NCBI GenBank assembly: GCA_965203195.1
Contig: OZ241860.1
Location: forward strand, 24,433 to 88,432
Reading direction: 5' to 3'
DNA: 64,000 nt
Source of the DNA: Dehalococcoidia bacterium
GTDB taxonomy: Bacteria > Chloroflexota > Dehalococcoidia > Lucifugimonadales > UBA3495
Under the pieces are notes generated by a model that made no database searches, was not told the DNA's origin, and was given only the letters and a program-made list of their open reading frames with translations. A program made the translations under genes and the position numbers. Of the stretch, positions 24,280 to 34,384 are shown in pieces (the first letter of the stretch is position 1; the number at the start of each line of letters is the position of its first letter).

Positions 24280-27195
24280 TTATATGACCAGCCCCGCGCC
24301 GGGTGGCCGCCTTTTGCCCCCATGCACGCTGGGCTCGGCGCACCACTTGGCCGCCAGCCGCCGCACCCCCTGATACACCCCATCGTCAAAGCCCAGCAGG
24401 TCGCGCGCCACCCGCCGGTCCAGCAGCGCCCGGTTGACGTCGGCGTCAGCCAGATACGCCGGCTGCAACTCCTTGTCCCGAAACTCCTCAAAGATGGCCT
24501 GCGCCGCAGCCAGCTGCTCGCTGGTGAGCGCGCGCAAGTCCAGGATGGGCAGATTTGCGGTGTGGTGAATGGTTGATCTGCCTCGACCACTTTGCTGGCG
24601 ACTGGCGTGCCACCAGAATAGCAACAGCCCCAAAGTGCAATTGCACCACAGCACAAATGCATAATCAAACCGGCTGTCCGCAAAGGTTACGTTCGGCCAC
24701 GCCGCACCGCCCAGGCTTTCCCGTTCCGTAAATGCCGCGGCCAGCGGCTGGGAAGTAAAACGAAAATCCCGGTTGATATGGGCGCGGCCGGCCGTAGCCC
24801 ACAATTCCGCTGCCCGCGTTTCCATACCGCGCCGCACTCGCAATGACCAGTCCGGCGCGCATACCATACAGGTTTCCCGGCCGGCATTGTGATTCCACAA
24901 TGCCGGATAGGTAGCCGTAGGGCTGGCGGCCTCTCTGGTGAACGGCCCCCGGTGCGCGGAGCTGATAATCAATTGCGAATCCAGCCCGCGCTGCCCAACA
25001 CGATCCAGCGGCGCGATGGGCAAATCCCGCGCCTGCGGCTGCGCCGGCAGCCACAAACGCCCGCTGGTCAAAGCGTAAGCGACTTGGGCTACTTCGGCGT
25101 CCAGCAGCCGACCTAATCCCCAGCCGTCCGCATGGTTTTCCAGAGGGCCGTCCAGTACTTCGCCATACGACTCGACCCCGTCGCCGCAATGAATAACCAT
25201 ACCGCCATAAGGCCCATCCTCCAAACGGCGCAACTCATCGCTTGCGATGATGAAATTGGCAATTTCCCGCGCTTCGGCAAAACCGAGCGGGCGGCGGCGC
25301 AGAGATACGAATTTCGCCCGGCCATCAGGTTTCTCCCCTTTTGCCAGCTTGCGCCCAATCACCATACACTCCGCAACGCCGGTGTCCGACGACAAAGACA
25401 TATCCGGGCCGTTGGCGGCAATGCTCACAATGGTCACATCGGCATAATTCTCCGCTATCATCCGCCGGAACTTGGCCCAGGACGAACCGTTGACCGCCGT
25501 AAAGAGTATCAGCAGCGCAATAACCCCGCCGGGACGAACTTTCCGGTCCGCAATGGCCGCAAAAGCCGAACCCAGCCCGGAGTGTCCGTGATAGCAGGAG
25601 CCTTGCGCCAGCCGTATCAGTCGCGCCGCCATATCATCCTGGTCGGCAATTTGCGCCCCGAAGGCCGCAAAGGCGGCGTTCTGCACATTTCCCGCCGCGT
25701 CCCGGTGCTTGGTGTTGCTGGTAAAGGGCGGGTTCATTATCACCAGGTCAAACCCGCCATCGGGGATGTCGGCGATGATTTGCGCCGCCGTTTCCTCGCC
25801 CACGCTGCCCGTCCGCAATGCCGGGTCGCTGGTGTTGAACAAAGTCATCGCCGCCGAGGATTCCAGCAGCTCCAGCGAACCCACGCGGACGCCATCATCC
25901 GCTTGCCGACCGTAGGCCAGCGTGTAAAGCCGCGAATTGTCAAACAGCTCCGCCGGCGCCACGCCGGACAGCGTAGAGCCGGTAATATGCACCGCCGACG
26001 GCATCACATCGCACCCGTACAGCGCTTCCTCCATCATTGCCGGATGCAGTTGAACCGGGTCGCCCCCGGCCCGGGCGTGGCGCGCCGCGATCTGCTCGTA
26101 CACCGCCGACAGCAACGCCCCCGTGCCGCAGGCGAAATCCCCCACCCGCAGCCGCCCGATGGCGTCGGCGGCGCTCCAATCCACCCCGTCCAGCTTGCTC
26201 ACCGCCAAACGCGCCAATAGCGCCGCGGACGCCGGCAGCGTATAAAAAGTCGCCAGATACTTGCGGTCGGCAATCAGTCGCTGAAAAATGCGCCCGGTCA
26301 AGTCATGAGCGTTGTCAACGCCGGCGGCGTCAATCTGCTGGGCGGTGCCTCGCAGCTCCCGCAAAATCAGGGCGGCGTCTCCGTCAGGCAGCTGTTCCAG
26401 AATGTCTTTGGCAATGGCGAAAATAGCCCAGTAGTTGATCTTGAGTATGTCCGCCCACGCCGCCAGCGTTGCCTCCTGCGGGTTAGCCACATCCGGCCCG
26501 CAGACCAGCCGCAACGGCTTGACCTCCGCGTGCATTCCGGCAATGCGCTGGTGAAAAACCAGCGCATTGGCGATAATGGCGCCAGCCATTCGCCGCGTCT
26601 GCGGCACATCGGCCATACCCAGCAGCCGCGCCACTGTGGGCATTATGTTAGGCCGCAGCTCCGCCATCCTGTTGAGCACCGCCGCCGCCCGTTCTATGCC
26701 CTGCTCCAAAGCCTCCGCCGCATCCGCAACGGCCTTCTGCGGCACGGAAACCAGCCGTATCAGATCAGCCAGATCGCCGGCGCTGCCGTACAGCCAGCCG
26801 GCTTGCGGAAAGCGGCTGCCATCGTCATAAAGAACCGCATAGGACAGTTCGGCAGCGGCGATGGCCGCATCTATATCGTAGGCATTCTCCACTTCCGCCG
26901 GGTAGCGCAGGGCGATGGCGGCCTCAATAGGGCGCGGTTCGCCGACCACGGCCAGGCCCAGGCGTTCTTGCGCATCCTGTTCTGCGGAGGCAGCGGGCAT
27001 ATATTCGCCCTCAACCACCACCGGAGACCGCCCCGGCGCCGCAACAAGAATGTCGGGATGCCGGCCGGAGTAGTCGGCCAGCGTCTGCGTCTGCTCGGAA
27101 CGCACCGCGCAGCCGGGCAGCATCGGCCGCAGCAAGCCGGCCAGCGCTGCGTTGGTAGTACCTTCGATTTGACGGGGAGTTGTCATTGTTGTCAT
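24280..27195 (-). CDS. Type IIG/IIC-like fused restriction-modification protein, copy 1
   Basis: N-terminal PDIL...VEGE nuclease-like motif; FYT, DFACGTGALL (motif I) then NPPF (motif IV), i.e. gamma-class N6A MTase; C-terminal TRD-like region. Confidence 0.8.
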   Translation of the reverse strand: MTTMTTPRQIEGTTNAALAGLLRPMLPGCAVRSEQTQTLADYSGRHPDILVAAPGRSPVVVEGEYMPAASAEQDAQERLGLAVVGEPRPIEAAIALRYPAEVENAYDIDAAIAAAELSYAVLYDDGSRFPQAGWLYGSAGDLADLIRLVSVPQKAVADAAEALEQGIERAAAVLNRMAELRPNIMPTVARLLGMADVPQTRRMAGAIIANALVFHQRIAGMHAEVKPLRLVCGPDVANPQEATLAAWADILKINYWAIFAIAKDILEQLPDGDAALILRELRGTAQQIDAAGVDNAHDLTGRIFQRLIADRKYLATFYTLPASAALLARLAVSKLDGVDWSAADAIGRLRVGDFACGTGALLSAVYEQIAARHARAGGDPVQLHPAMMEEALYGCDVMPSAVHITGSTLSGVAPAELFDNSRLYTLAYGRQADDGVRVGSLELLESSAAMTLFNTSDPALRTGSVGEETAAQIIADIPDGGFDLVIMNPPFTSNTKHRDAAGNVQNAAFAAFGAQIADQDDMAARLIRLAQGSCYHGHSGLGSAFAAIADRKVRPGGVIALLILFTAVNGSSWAKFRRMIAENYADVTIVSIAANGPDMSLSSDTGVAECMVIGRKLAKGEKPDGRAKFVSLRRRPLGFAEAREIANFIIASDELRRLEDGPYGGMVIHCGDGVESYGEVLDGPLENHADGWGLGRLLDAEVAQVAYALTSGRLWLPAQPQARDLPIAPLDRVGQRGLDSQLIISSAHRGPFTREAASPTATYPALWNHNAGRETCMVCAPDWSLRVRRGMETRAAELWATAGRAHINRDFRFTSQPLAAAFTERESLGGAAWPNVTFADSRFDYAFVLWCNCTLGLLLFWWHASRQQSGRGRSTIHHTANLPILDLRALTSEQLAAAQAIFEEFRDKELQPAYLADADVNRALLDRRVARDLLGFDDGVYQGVRRLAAKWCAEPSVHGGKRRPPGAGLVI
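24320..24519. repeat. 200-bp direct repeat, copy A (3' tail of R-M gene 1)
   Basis: Six differences from 27363-27562, counted by eye. Confidence 0.9.
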
Positions 27196-27322
27196 ACGGA
27201 TCGGGTATCGCCGCCCGGCCTCTGTTATGCCAGCCGCATTGTAGCCTATCTCCCGCCGGCGGTGGCAAGCGCCCGGCCCAACCCCACCGGCCGGACTATG
27301 CGGCCCTGAACGCCATCCGCCA

Positions 27323-30157
27323 TTAGGCAACGAACCGGGCCGACGCCGGCCGCGCCTTGCCACCATGCACGCTGGGTTCGGCGCACCACTTGGCCGCCAG
27401 ACGCCGCACGCCCTGATACACCCCATCGTCAAACCCCAGCAGGTCGCGCGCCACCCGCCGGTCCAGCAGCGCCCGGTTGACGTCGGCGTCGGCCAGATAC
27501 GCCGGCTGCAACTCCTTGTCCCGAAACTCCTCAAAGATGGCCTGCGCCGTAGCCAGCTGCTCATCAGACAACGCCCGCAAATCAAGGACAGGCAGCGTTT
27601 CCGCAGATCGAATGGTTATTCGTCCACGACCATCCTGCTGACGATTAGAATGCCACCAGAACATAAGCAATCCAAATGTAGAGTTGCCCCACAGAGCAAA
27701 TGCGTAATCAGCCCTATCGTCAGGGAAAATTACATTAGGCCAGGCAACGCCGCCAATGCTCTTATGCTCGGTAAAGGCAGATGCCAGCGGTTGTGAGTTC
27801 AATCGAAAATCCTGATTGAGATGGGCACGGCTGGCAGTAGCCCAAACCGCCGCCGCTTTCGCTTCCATTCCTTGCCGCGCCACCAGTTGCGCGTCCGGTT
27901 CGCAGATTATGCGGGTTTCCTTTTTGGCATCGTGATTCCACAGCGCCGGATAGGTGGCCGTCGGGCTGGGGGCGGTCTTGTCAAAGGCGCCGCGCGGCAT
28001 CGGGCCGTTGATGTCCCGGTGAACCAGGCCCAGTTTGCCCACCTCGCGCAAAGGGGCGGTGGGCAGCGCCTGGGTGGACGGTTCCCCCGGCAGCCAGAGT
28101 TTTGATTGCGTCAAAGCGTACGCCGTCTGGGCCAGCGCGTAATCCGACAGGCGCACACTGCCCCAATTGGCGCCGTTGCCGGCTTGCGGCGCAGTCAGCA
28201 TTGCCCCCGCCAGGTCATCCCCAACCGTCAGCTGCGTGCCGCCATACGGCCCGTCCTCAATGCCCCGCACGCGGTCATTGCCGGTTATGGGGCGCGCCAG
28301 GGCGGCGGCGTGGGCAAATCCCGCCGGCCGGCGTTGCAGGGAAGTGAACTGCGCCCGTCCGCCGGTTTGGCCGGCGCCGGCTTTCTTGCGCGCTACGACC
28401 AGGCACTCCGCCATTCCCGTATCCGACGAAAAGGACATCTCCTTGCCTTCCGCCGCGATGCTCAACACCGACAGATCCGCGTATTCCGCCGCCAGCAGCT
28501 TGCGGAATCCCTGCCACGACAGGCCGGCCGCGGACGACAGCGGCAGCACCAGCGCCAGCGCTCCGCCCGGCTTCAGCTTCCGGTCGGCCAGCGCCGCAAA
28601 CGCCGAGGCAATGCCCGCGTTGCCGTGATAACAGGTGCCTTTGCCCAAATCGTTCACCCGCTTGCCCATCACCGACTGGTCGGCGCGGGTAGCGTCAAAA
28701 GCGGCGAAAGCGGGATTAGTGACCGCGGCGTGCGCGCCCTCGTGGTTGGTGGCGCGGGTGAAAGGCGGGTTCATTATCACCAGGTCAAAATACCCGTCGG
28801 GCATTGCGGCGTTAAGTTCGCTTTGGGCGTCCAGCATTTCCAGGGAACCGATGCGGACACTGCCGTCGTCCTGCCGCCCGTAGTCCATAGTCCGCAGGTT
28901 GGAATGGGTGAAACCTACGGTAGGCTGTAGGCCGGCCAGGGTGGAGCCGGTGATGTGCACGGCGGAGGGCATTACATCGCAGCCGTAAATGACCTGCTCC
29001 ATCATCGCCGGATGCAGTGTGCCGGCATCGCCGCCGGCGCGCTCGTGGCGGGCGGCGATCTGCTCGTACACCGCCGACAGCAGGGCGCCGGTGCCGCAGG
29101 CGAAGTCGGCAATGCGGAGTTGGGCAATGGCGGCGGCATCGCCCCAGTCCACGCCGTCCAGCCGGCTCGCCGCCAGCCGGGCCAGCAGCGCCGCGGACGC
29201 GGGCCGGGTGTAGAAAGTCGCCAGGTATTTGCGGTCGGCGATGAGGCGCTGAAATACCTGTCCGGTCAGGTCGTGGTCATTGTTCACGCCGCGACCGGCA
29301 ATGTTAAGCACCTGAAAGCTGATGATATTGAGTATCTGCGCCGCTTCCTGCGTGGGCAGTTCCACCACTATGTCGCGGGCAATCTCAAAAATGTCCAGGT
29401 AGTTGATGTCCAGTATGCCGTGCCAGGCGGCCAGGATTTCGGCCTGCGGGTTGGGGGTATCGGGGTTGCAGATTTGCGCCAGGGGCTTGATGCCGTGGCG
29501 CCCGGCCAGCCTTTCGTGAAAGAGCATGGCGTTGGCGATAATGGCGCAGGCCATGCGGCGCATCTGGGGCACATCGTTGATGTTGAGGCGCCGGGCAATC
29601 GCCGGGCTGATGTCAGGGCGGGATTGCGGCATTTGGTTGAGAACATTGGCGGCGGAGTCGATACCCTGTTGCAGGTCGTCGGCCGCGGCATCCACCGCCT
29701 TCTGCGGGACCGACACCAGCCGCACCAGGTCGGCCAGGTCGGCCACGCCGCCCTCCAGCCACCCTGATTCGGGAAAGCGGCCGCCGTTTTCATAGCAGAC
29801 GCAGTACTGGAACCGGGCGTCGGCCAGGGCGGCGGCGGGCTCGGGCGCCGTGGCTACGGTTTCGGGATAGCGCAGGGCGACGGCGGCCTCCACGGGTCGG
29901 ATTTCGGCGTTGATGCTGACGCCCAGGCGCGGTTGGGCGTCCGCTTCCGGGTTGGCGCCGGGGTCGTATTCCGCCTCAATGACCACCGGGGAGCGTCCGT
30001 GTGCGGTGATCAGCACATCAGGATGCCGCCCCGGATGGCCGGCAATGGTCTGCGTCAGCTCGGAACGCACCACGCAGCCGGGCAGCATCGGGCGCAGCAA
30101 GTCGGCCAGCGCCACATTGGTGGTACTTTCGATTTGGCGGGGAGTCACAGTCGGCAA
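27323..30157 (-). CDS. Type IIG/IIC-like fused restriction-modification protein, copy 2
   Basis: PDVL...IEAE, DFACGTGALL and NPPF; colinear paralog of copy 1. Confidence 0.8.
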   Translation of the reverse strand: MPTVTPRQIESTTNVALADLLRPMLPGCVVRSELTQTIAGHPGRHPDVLITAHGRSPVVIEAEYDPGANPEADAQPRLGVSINAEIRPVEAAVALRYPETVATAPEPAAALADARFQYCVCYENGGRFPESGWLEGGVADLADLVRLVSVPQKAVDAAADDLQQGIDSAANVLNQMPQSRPDISPAIARRLNINDVPQMRRMACAIIANAMLFHERLAGRHGIKPLAQICNPDTPNPQAEILAAWHGILDINYLDIFEIARDIVVELPTQEAAQILNIISFQVLNIAGRGVNNDHDLTGQVFQRLIADRKYLATFYTRPASAALLARLAASRLDGVDWGDAAAIAQLRIADFACGTGALLSAVYEQIAARHERAGGDAGTLHPAMMEQVIYGCDVMPSAVHITGSTLAGLQPTVGFTHSNLRTMDYGRQDDGSVRIGSLEMLDAQSELNAAMPDGYFDLVIMNPPFTRATNHEGAHAAVTNPAFAAFDATRADQSVMGKRVNDLGKGTCYHGNAGIASAFAALADRKLKPGGALALVLPLSSAAGLSWQGFRKLLAAEYADLSVLSIAAEGKEMSFSSDTGMAECLVVARKKAGAGQTGGRAQFTSLQRRPAGFAHAAALARPITGNDRVRGIEDGPYGGTQLTVGDDLAGAMLTAPQAGNGANWGSVRLSDYALAQTAYALTQSKLWLPGEPSTQALPTAPLREVGKLGLVHRDINGPMPRGAFDKTAPSPTATYPALWNHDAKKETRIICEPDAQLVARQGMEAKAAAVWATASRAHLNQDFRLNSQPLASAFTEHKSIGGVAWPNVIFPDDRADYAFALWGNSTFGLLMFWWHSNRQQDGRGRITIRSAETLPVLDLRALSDEQLATAQAIFEEFRDKELQPAYLADADVNRALLDRRVARDLLGFDDGVYQGVRRLAAKWCAEPSVHGGKARPASARFVA
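27363..27562. repeat. 200-bp direct repeat, copy B (3' tail of R-M gene 2)
   Basis: About 97% identical to 24320-24519. Confidence 0.9.
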
Positions 30158-30278
30158 CCTTTGGCATCGCAGGACAGGCTACGACTCCCCCAATCTACTA
30201 TCATATCGGCGGCGGCGCAAGCAGCTCCGGCGACAGGTATTTTCAGCGCGTGTTGAAAATACCACCCGAAGGGTCAGG

Positions 30279-30307
30279 TTGACAGCCAAAATTAGCCCTG
30301 CTAAACT
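30279..30307 (+). promoter_or_regulatory. Sigma70-type promoter of the ABC operon
   Basis: TTGACA-17 bp-TAAACT. Confidence 0.7.
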
Positions 30308-30312
30308 TGCCC

Positions 30313-30488
30313 GCCGGCACACTGGTACGGCACCAGCGAAGCGGTTCCGCTGACGCGCCTCGCCTGGCGGAAGGTTTGGCAAGCAGCGCGGCAATCGCGC
30401 GCCGGCGGCGTCATCGCGGCCGCGCCCAATTTCGCTTCGTCCCTACCACACGGAAGCAATGCCCGCCGGTACGGCGGGTTTGTCTTGA
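30313..30488 (+). promoter_or_regulatory. Putative structured 5' leader / attenuator
   Basis: Nested stems CGAAGCG/CGCTTCG and TGACGC/GCGTCA, a GCGCG-GCAAT-CGCGC hairpin, and a terminator-like CCCGCCG-GTA-CGGCGGG-TTTGTCTT before the SD. Confidence 0.45.
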
Positions 30489-30518
30489 AATCCCACCACA
30501 ACCAATCGGAGGTTCGTT

Positions 30519-32228
30519 ATGCGAATTTTATTGATACACGGTATCAAACGCGTCCTGCCCGTCGCGCTGGGGCTGCTGTTGCTGCTGGCGGTGGCTTGCG
30601 GGGCGCCCAGCGCGCCGAGCGCAACCGCGCCGCCGCAAGCCACCGCGGCCCCGCAGCAACTGCCTACCGCGACCGCGACCGTAGCGCCGGAACCGCCGCC
30701 GTCGCCGACCACTGCGCCGGCGCCGACCGCGACCACCCTTGCCACTGAAGCGGAGCGTCCCACCCTGCAAGCGGGCGTTATCTGGCTGGACAGCCCGTTG
30801 GATCCGGTGGAGGGCACCTGGGTAGCCAGCCAGTCGGGGTTTTCGGAGCAGCTGTTCCGCCTCTCCCCGGCCAATTTGAGCCCGGAGCCATGGCTGGCCA
30901 CCGGCGTGATGCAGCTGGATCCGCTGACCTGGGAGATTGAGCTGCGGTCCGGAGTCCGGTTTCACAACGGAACGGTGATGGATGCCGCCGCCGTAAAGGC
31001 ATCCCTGGAAAGGACCATCCGATTGTCGCCGGCAACGGCCGAGGCGCTGGCTATTGACCGCATTGTGGTCACAGACGGGCAGACCATCACCATAACCACC
31101 ACCGCGCCGCGACCTACGCTGCCGGGCTTGTTGTCCGCTCCGGCCACGGCCATTACCGACGCGGCCGCCGCCGACGCCGCCGGCGAGGGAAACATCCTGA
31201 ATGCCGGCGCCTTCACCGGCCCCTACATCCCCACCGAGTACATCCTTAAAGAGCGCCTGACCAGCGTGGTCAATGACGATTACTGGGGCGGGACGCCGCC
31301 GCTGGCCGGCATTGCTCACCTTGCCATTCCCGACACCAACAGCCGCGAATTGGCCTTGCAGGCCGGGGACATTGACTTTGCCATGAACATCTCGCCGGAA
31401 GGGGCCGCGGCCATCGCCGCCTACCCCGGGCTGCTCACTCAAACGGCAGGCATCGGCACCTCCGTGGTAATGTGGTGGGTCAATTTTGAGCGGGAAACGC
31501 TGGCCGATCCGCTGGTGCGTCAGGCGGTGGCCCATGCCATCGACCGGGAGAGCATCGCCGGCCTGGTCGCCCCGGCGGGCAGTGGGGCATTTGCGGATCA
31601 TTTGCTGCCGGAAGCCATGGCGTCTTGCCCCGGCGTGGCGGGGCCGGATTTCGCCCCCCAGCGCGCCCGTGATTTGCTGGCCCAGGCCGGCTATGCGGAC
31701 AGCGACGGCGACGGCATCGTCGATAAGGATGGGCAACCCCTGGAAATAGTTATCGGCGGCTATCCCCAGCGGTTCCAGCTGCCCATTATGGCCGAAGCCG
31801 CCCAGGCGATGCTGGCCGATGTGGGCATCCGGGCCGAGGTGCGCATTACCGAATGGTCCGTAGTGAAGGAACCCGCCTGGGACCTCTTCGGATGGTACAA
31901 CAACGTCGTCGATACCGGAGACCCCGTTCTGAATGTCAGCAAGTTCGCCGGCCTGGAGGCTAACGCCGACAGCAGCGGCGCCAACAACTACGGGCATTGG
32001 GACAACGCGCCGCTGGTGGACATCATCGCCCAGGCCGGCGATGTGTCCGACCTTGAACAGCGCAAGCAAATCGCCTGCGCGGCCCTGGCGGTCGTCTCTG
32101 AAGAAATCGCGTTCCTGCCGGTGGCCCATGCCTATATGGTGTACGGCGTCAGTGAACGCGTAACCGGGTTTGACCCCCACCCGCATCGCCTCTATCTCTT
32201 TGACCACCGCATTGGTCTGGCCGAGTGA
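30519..32228 (+). CDS. ABC transporter substrate-binding lipoprotein, family 5 (Nik/Dpp/Opp-like)
   Basis: Lipobox LAVAC, Pro/Thr/Ala linker, LRSGVRFHNG, TGPY and VRQAVAHAIDR motifs. Confidence 0.92.
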   Translation: MRILLIHGIKRVLPVALGLLLLLAVACGAPSAPSATAPPQATAAPQQLPTATATVAPEPPPSPTTAPAPTATTLATEAERPTLQAGVIWLDSPLDPVEGTWVASQSGFSEQLFRLSPANLSPEPWLATGVMQLDPLTWEIELRSGVRFHNGTVMDAAAVKASLERTIRLSPATAEALAIDRIVVTDGQTITITTTAPRPTLPGLLSAPATAITDAAAADAAGEGNILNAGAFTGPYIPTEYILKERLTSVVNDDYWGGTPPLAGIAHLAIPDTNSRELALQAGDIDFAMNISPEGAAAIAAYPGLLTQTAGIGTSVVMWWVNFERETLADPLVRQAVAHAIDRESIAGLVAPAGSGAFADHLLPEAMASCPGVAGPDFAPQRARDLLAQAGYADSDGDGIVDKDGQPLEIVIGGYPQRFQLPIMAEAAQAMLADVGIRAEVRITEWSVVKEPAWDLFGWYNNVVDTGDPVLNVSKFAGLEANADSSGANNYGHWDNAPLVDIIAQAGDVSDLEQRKQIACAALAVVSEEIAFLPVAHAYMVYGVSERVTGFDPHPHRLYLFDHRIGLAE

Positions 32229-32273
32229 GCAATCGGGGCAATCCGACCAATCCAGTAGGGGATCATAACCGGC

Positions 32274-33221
32274 ATGGGAGCGTACCTGATCCGCCGGTTG
32301 GCCACGCTGCCGCTGCTGCTGCTGGGCATCTCGGCCCTCAGTTTTACGCTGCTGAACCTGGCGCCGGGCGACCCCGCCGAGATTGTGCTGCGCCAGCGCA
32401 ATCCCGGCCAACTGCCCAGCCCGGCGGCAGTGGCGGCAATGCGGAGCGAACTGGGCCTGGATGCCCCCCTGCCGGCGCAATACGCCCGCTGGGCCGCGCG
32501 CGCCGTCAGCGGCGATCTGGGCCGGTCCTATGTCAACGAACAGCCCATAGCCCCCCAGCTGGCGCGCCGCACCGTCCCCACCGCGCTGCTGACCGCAGTC
32601 GCCCTGGCTCTGGCGCTCCTGGTAGCCGTGCCGGTGGGCGTGCTTTCGGCTCGGGGGCGCGGCGGCCCGATTGACGCCGTCACGCGCCTAGCCGCTCTGG
32701 TCGGCGCGGCGGTTCCCTCGTATGCCCTGGCTTACGGGCTGATCATTCTGTTCGCCGTCAAACTGTCATGGCTGCCCGCGCTGGGCTACGGGTCGGCAGC
32801 CCAGTTTGCGCTGCCGTCCGTGGCGCTGTCGCTGGCGCCGATGGCTCAAATGACCCGGCTGATACGCGCCAGTACGCTGGAAACCCTGAACCAGGACTAC
32901 ATCCGCACGGCGCGGGCCAAGGGCCTGCCGGAGCGCGCTGTGCTCTCCCGGCACGCCCTGCGCAACGCCCTGCTGCCGGCCATCGGCGCCACGGGCGTCA
33001 ATCTCGGCTACCTGCTGAGCGGCGCCGTTATCATTGAGACCATCTTCAGCTGGCCGGGATTGGGCCAGCTAATGGTGAGCGCGGCCCTGACCCGGGACTT
33101 TCCCGTGGTGCAGGGATTCGTCGCCTACATCGCGGTGGTGGTTCTGCTCGTCAACCTGGCGGCCGACATTGCGCTGCGCATTGCCGACCCCCGCCTTCGC
33201 TTCGGGCGGGAGGAGTTGTAG
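32274..33221 (+). CDS. ABC permease (NikB/DppB-like)
   Basis: PGDPA, GDLGRS, DYIRTARAKGL, HALRNA and RDFPVVQG motifs. Confidence 0.93.
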   Translation: MGAYLIRRLATLPLLLLGISALSFTLLNLAPGDPAEIVLRQRNPGQLPSPAAVAAMRSELGLDAPLPAQYARWAARAVSGDLGRSYVNEQPIAPQLARRTVPTALLTAVALALALLVAVPVGVLSARGRGGPIDAVTRLAALVGAAVPSYALAYGLIILFAVKLSWLPALGYGSAAQFALPSVALSLAPMAQMTRLIRASTLETLNQDYIRTARAKGLPERAVLSRHALRNALLPAIGATGVNLGYLLSGAVIIETIFSWPGLGQLMVSAALTRDFPVVQGFVAYIAVVVLLVNLAADIALRIADPRLRFGREEL

Positions 33222-33227
33222 CGACCA

Positions 33228-34133
33228 ATGGCGGCGCCCACGGAACACCCCGGAGGCCCCATCCCGGCCGGGAACGGCGTTGCGAACCGGCGCCGGCGGC
33301 GGCGCTGGTCGGCCCTGCTGCGCGAGCCCGGCACCGTATTGGGAATGTTCCTGGTGTCGTCCCTGCTGCTGGCCGGCCTCCTGGCGCCATGGCTACCCCT
33401 GGATGACCCTACTAAAATTGACCTGCCGAACCGTTTGGCGCCGCCGTCAGCGGAACATCTTATGGGCGCTGACCACCTGGGGCGGGATACCTTCAGCCGT
33501 ATCATTCACGGCGCGCGCATTACCCTACTGGCCGCCGCCGTTACCCTGGCCTTCAGTATGACCATCGCATTGACGGTGGGCATATTGTCAGGATACCACG
33601 GCGGCTGGCTGGACACTGCCCTGATGGGCATAGTGGACCTGCTGCTGGCTTTTCCTTCGCTGATACTGGCGCTGGCGGTGGCCGGCGCGTTGGGGCCGGG
33701 CCTCTTCAATGTGCTGCTGGCGGCGGGCGCCGTCTGGTGGGTAGGTCATGCCCGCATCATCCGCGGGGTCACCCTGGCCGCCCGGCAACAGGAATATGTT
33801 ACTGCGGCGCGCGCTGCGGGCGCCGGCAGCCTCCGCATCATCCTGCGCCACATTGCGCCCAACATCATGGGGCCGATCATCATCATCGCCTCCCTGGACG
33901 TAGGCTGGATAATCCTGGGCATCGCGGGCCTGAACTTCCTGGGTCTAGGCGCCCAACCGCCCACGCCGGAATGGGGCGCGATGCTCAACGACGCCCGCCC
34001 GCACCTGCAAGCCAATCCGCGCCTGCTGCTGCTGCCCGGCGCGGCCATCTTTGTGGCTGTACTCGGCTTCAACCTGCTGGGCGATGGGCTGCGGGACTTG
34101 CTTGACCCGCGCACGGCGCCGGCGTCGGGTTAA
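33228..34133 (+). CDS. ABC permease (NikC/DppC-like)
   Basis: HLMGADHLGRD, EYVTAARAAGA, LGLGAQPPTPEWG and NLLGDGLRD motifs. Confidence 0.93.
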   Translation: MAAPTEHPGGPIPAGNGVANRRRRRRWSALLREPGTVLGMFLVSSLLLAGLLAPWLPLDDPTKIDLPNRLAPPSAEHLMGADHLGRDTFSRIIHGARITLLAAAVTLAFSMTIALTVGILSGYHGGWLDTALMGIVDLLLAFPSLILALAVAGALGPGLFNVLLAAGAVWWVGHARIIRGVTLAARQQEYVTAARAAGAGSLRIILRHIAPNIMGPIIIIASLDVGWIILGIAGLNFLGLGAQPPTPEWGAMLNDARPHLQANPRLLLLPGAAIFVAVLGFNLLGDGLRDLLDPRTAPASG

Positions 34134-34384
34134 TCAGCGCTGCCGCGTCGCAGTTCGTACCCACGTCCAATTTCCAACTTGAGTGTACTTCATTCCGGCG
34201 AAAACCGCAGTGGCGAGGCTGTAATATCATTATTGATACCCCGAATCGCTACCCCAAGATGGAATAGCGTTTCGGTTGACCGGGGTGCGGCGCCACTGTA
34301 TCATCGCGAGGATTTTGGCCGCCGTTATGTTCAGCTGACCGGATCAGCGCCGGCGCTGATCCGATTTTGAGGAGATTGATTACT

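Noticed and set aside
27196-27585. 130-aa N-terminal extension of R-M copy 1 in the ORF track
   Set aside because: It overlaps the end of copy 2; paralog alignment places the start at MTTMTTPRQIE.
24280-30157. Invertase shufflon or diversity-generating retroelement
   Set aside because: The repeats are direct, not inverted; no recombinase or reverse transcriptase gene is in the window; the differences are not adenine-specific.
30313-30488. Cobalamin, TPP or T-box call for the ABC leader
   Set aside because: Hallmark words (B12 box, CTGAGA, GGTGGNACC) were not found; kept only as an unclassified candidate.
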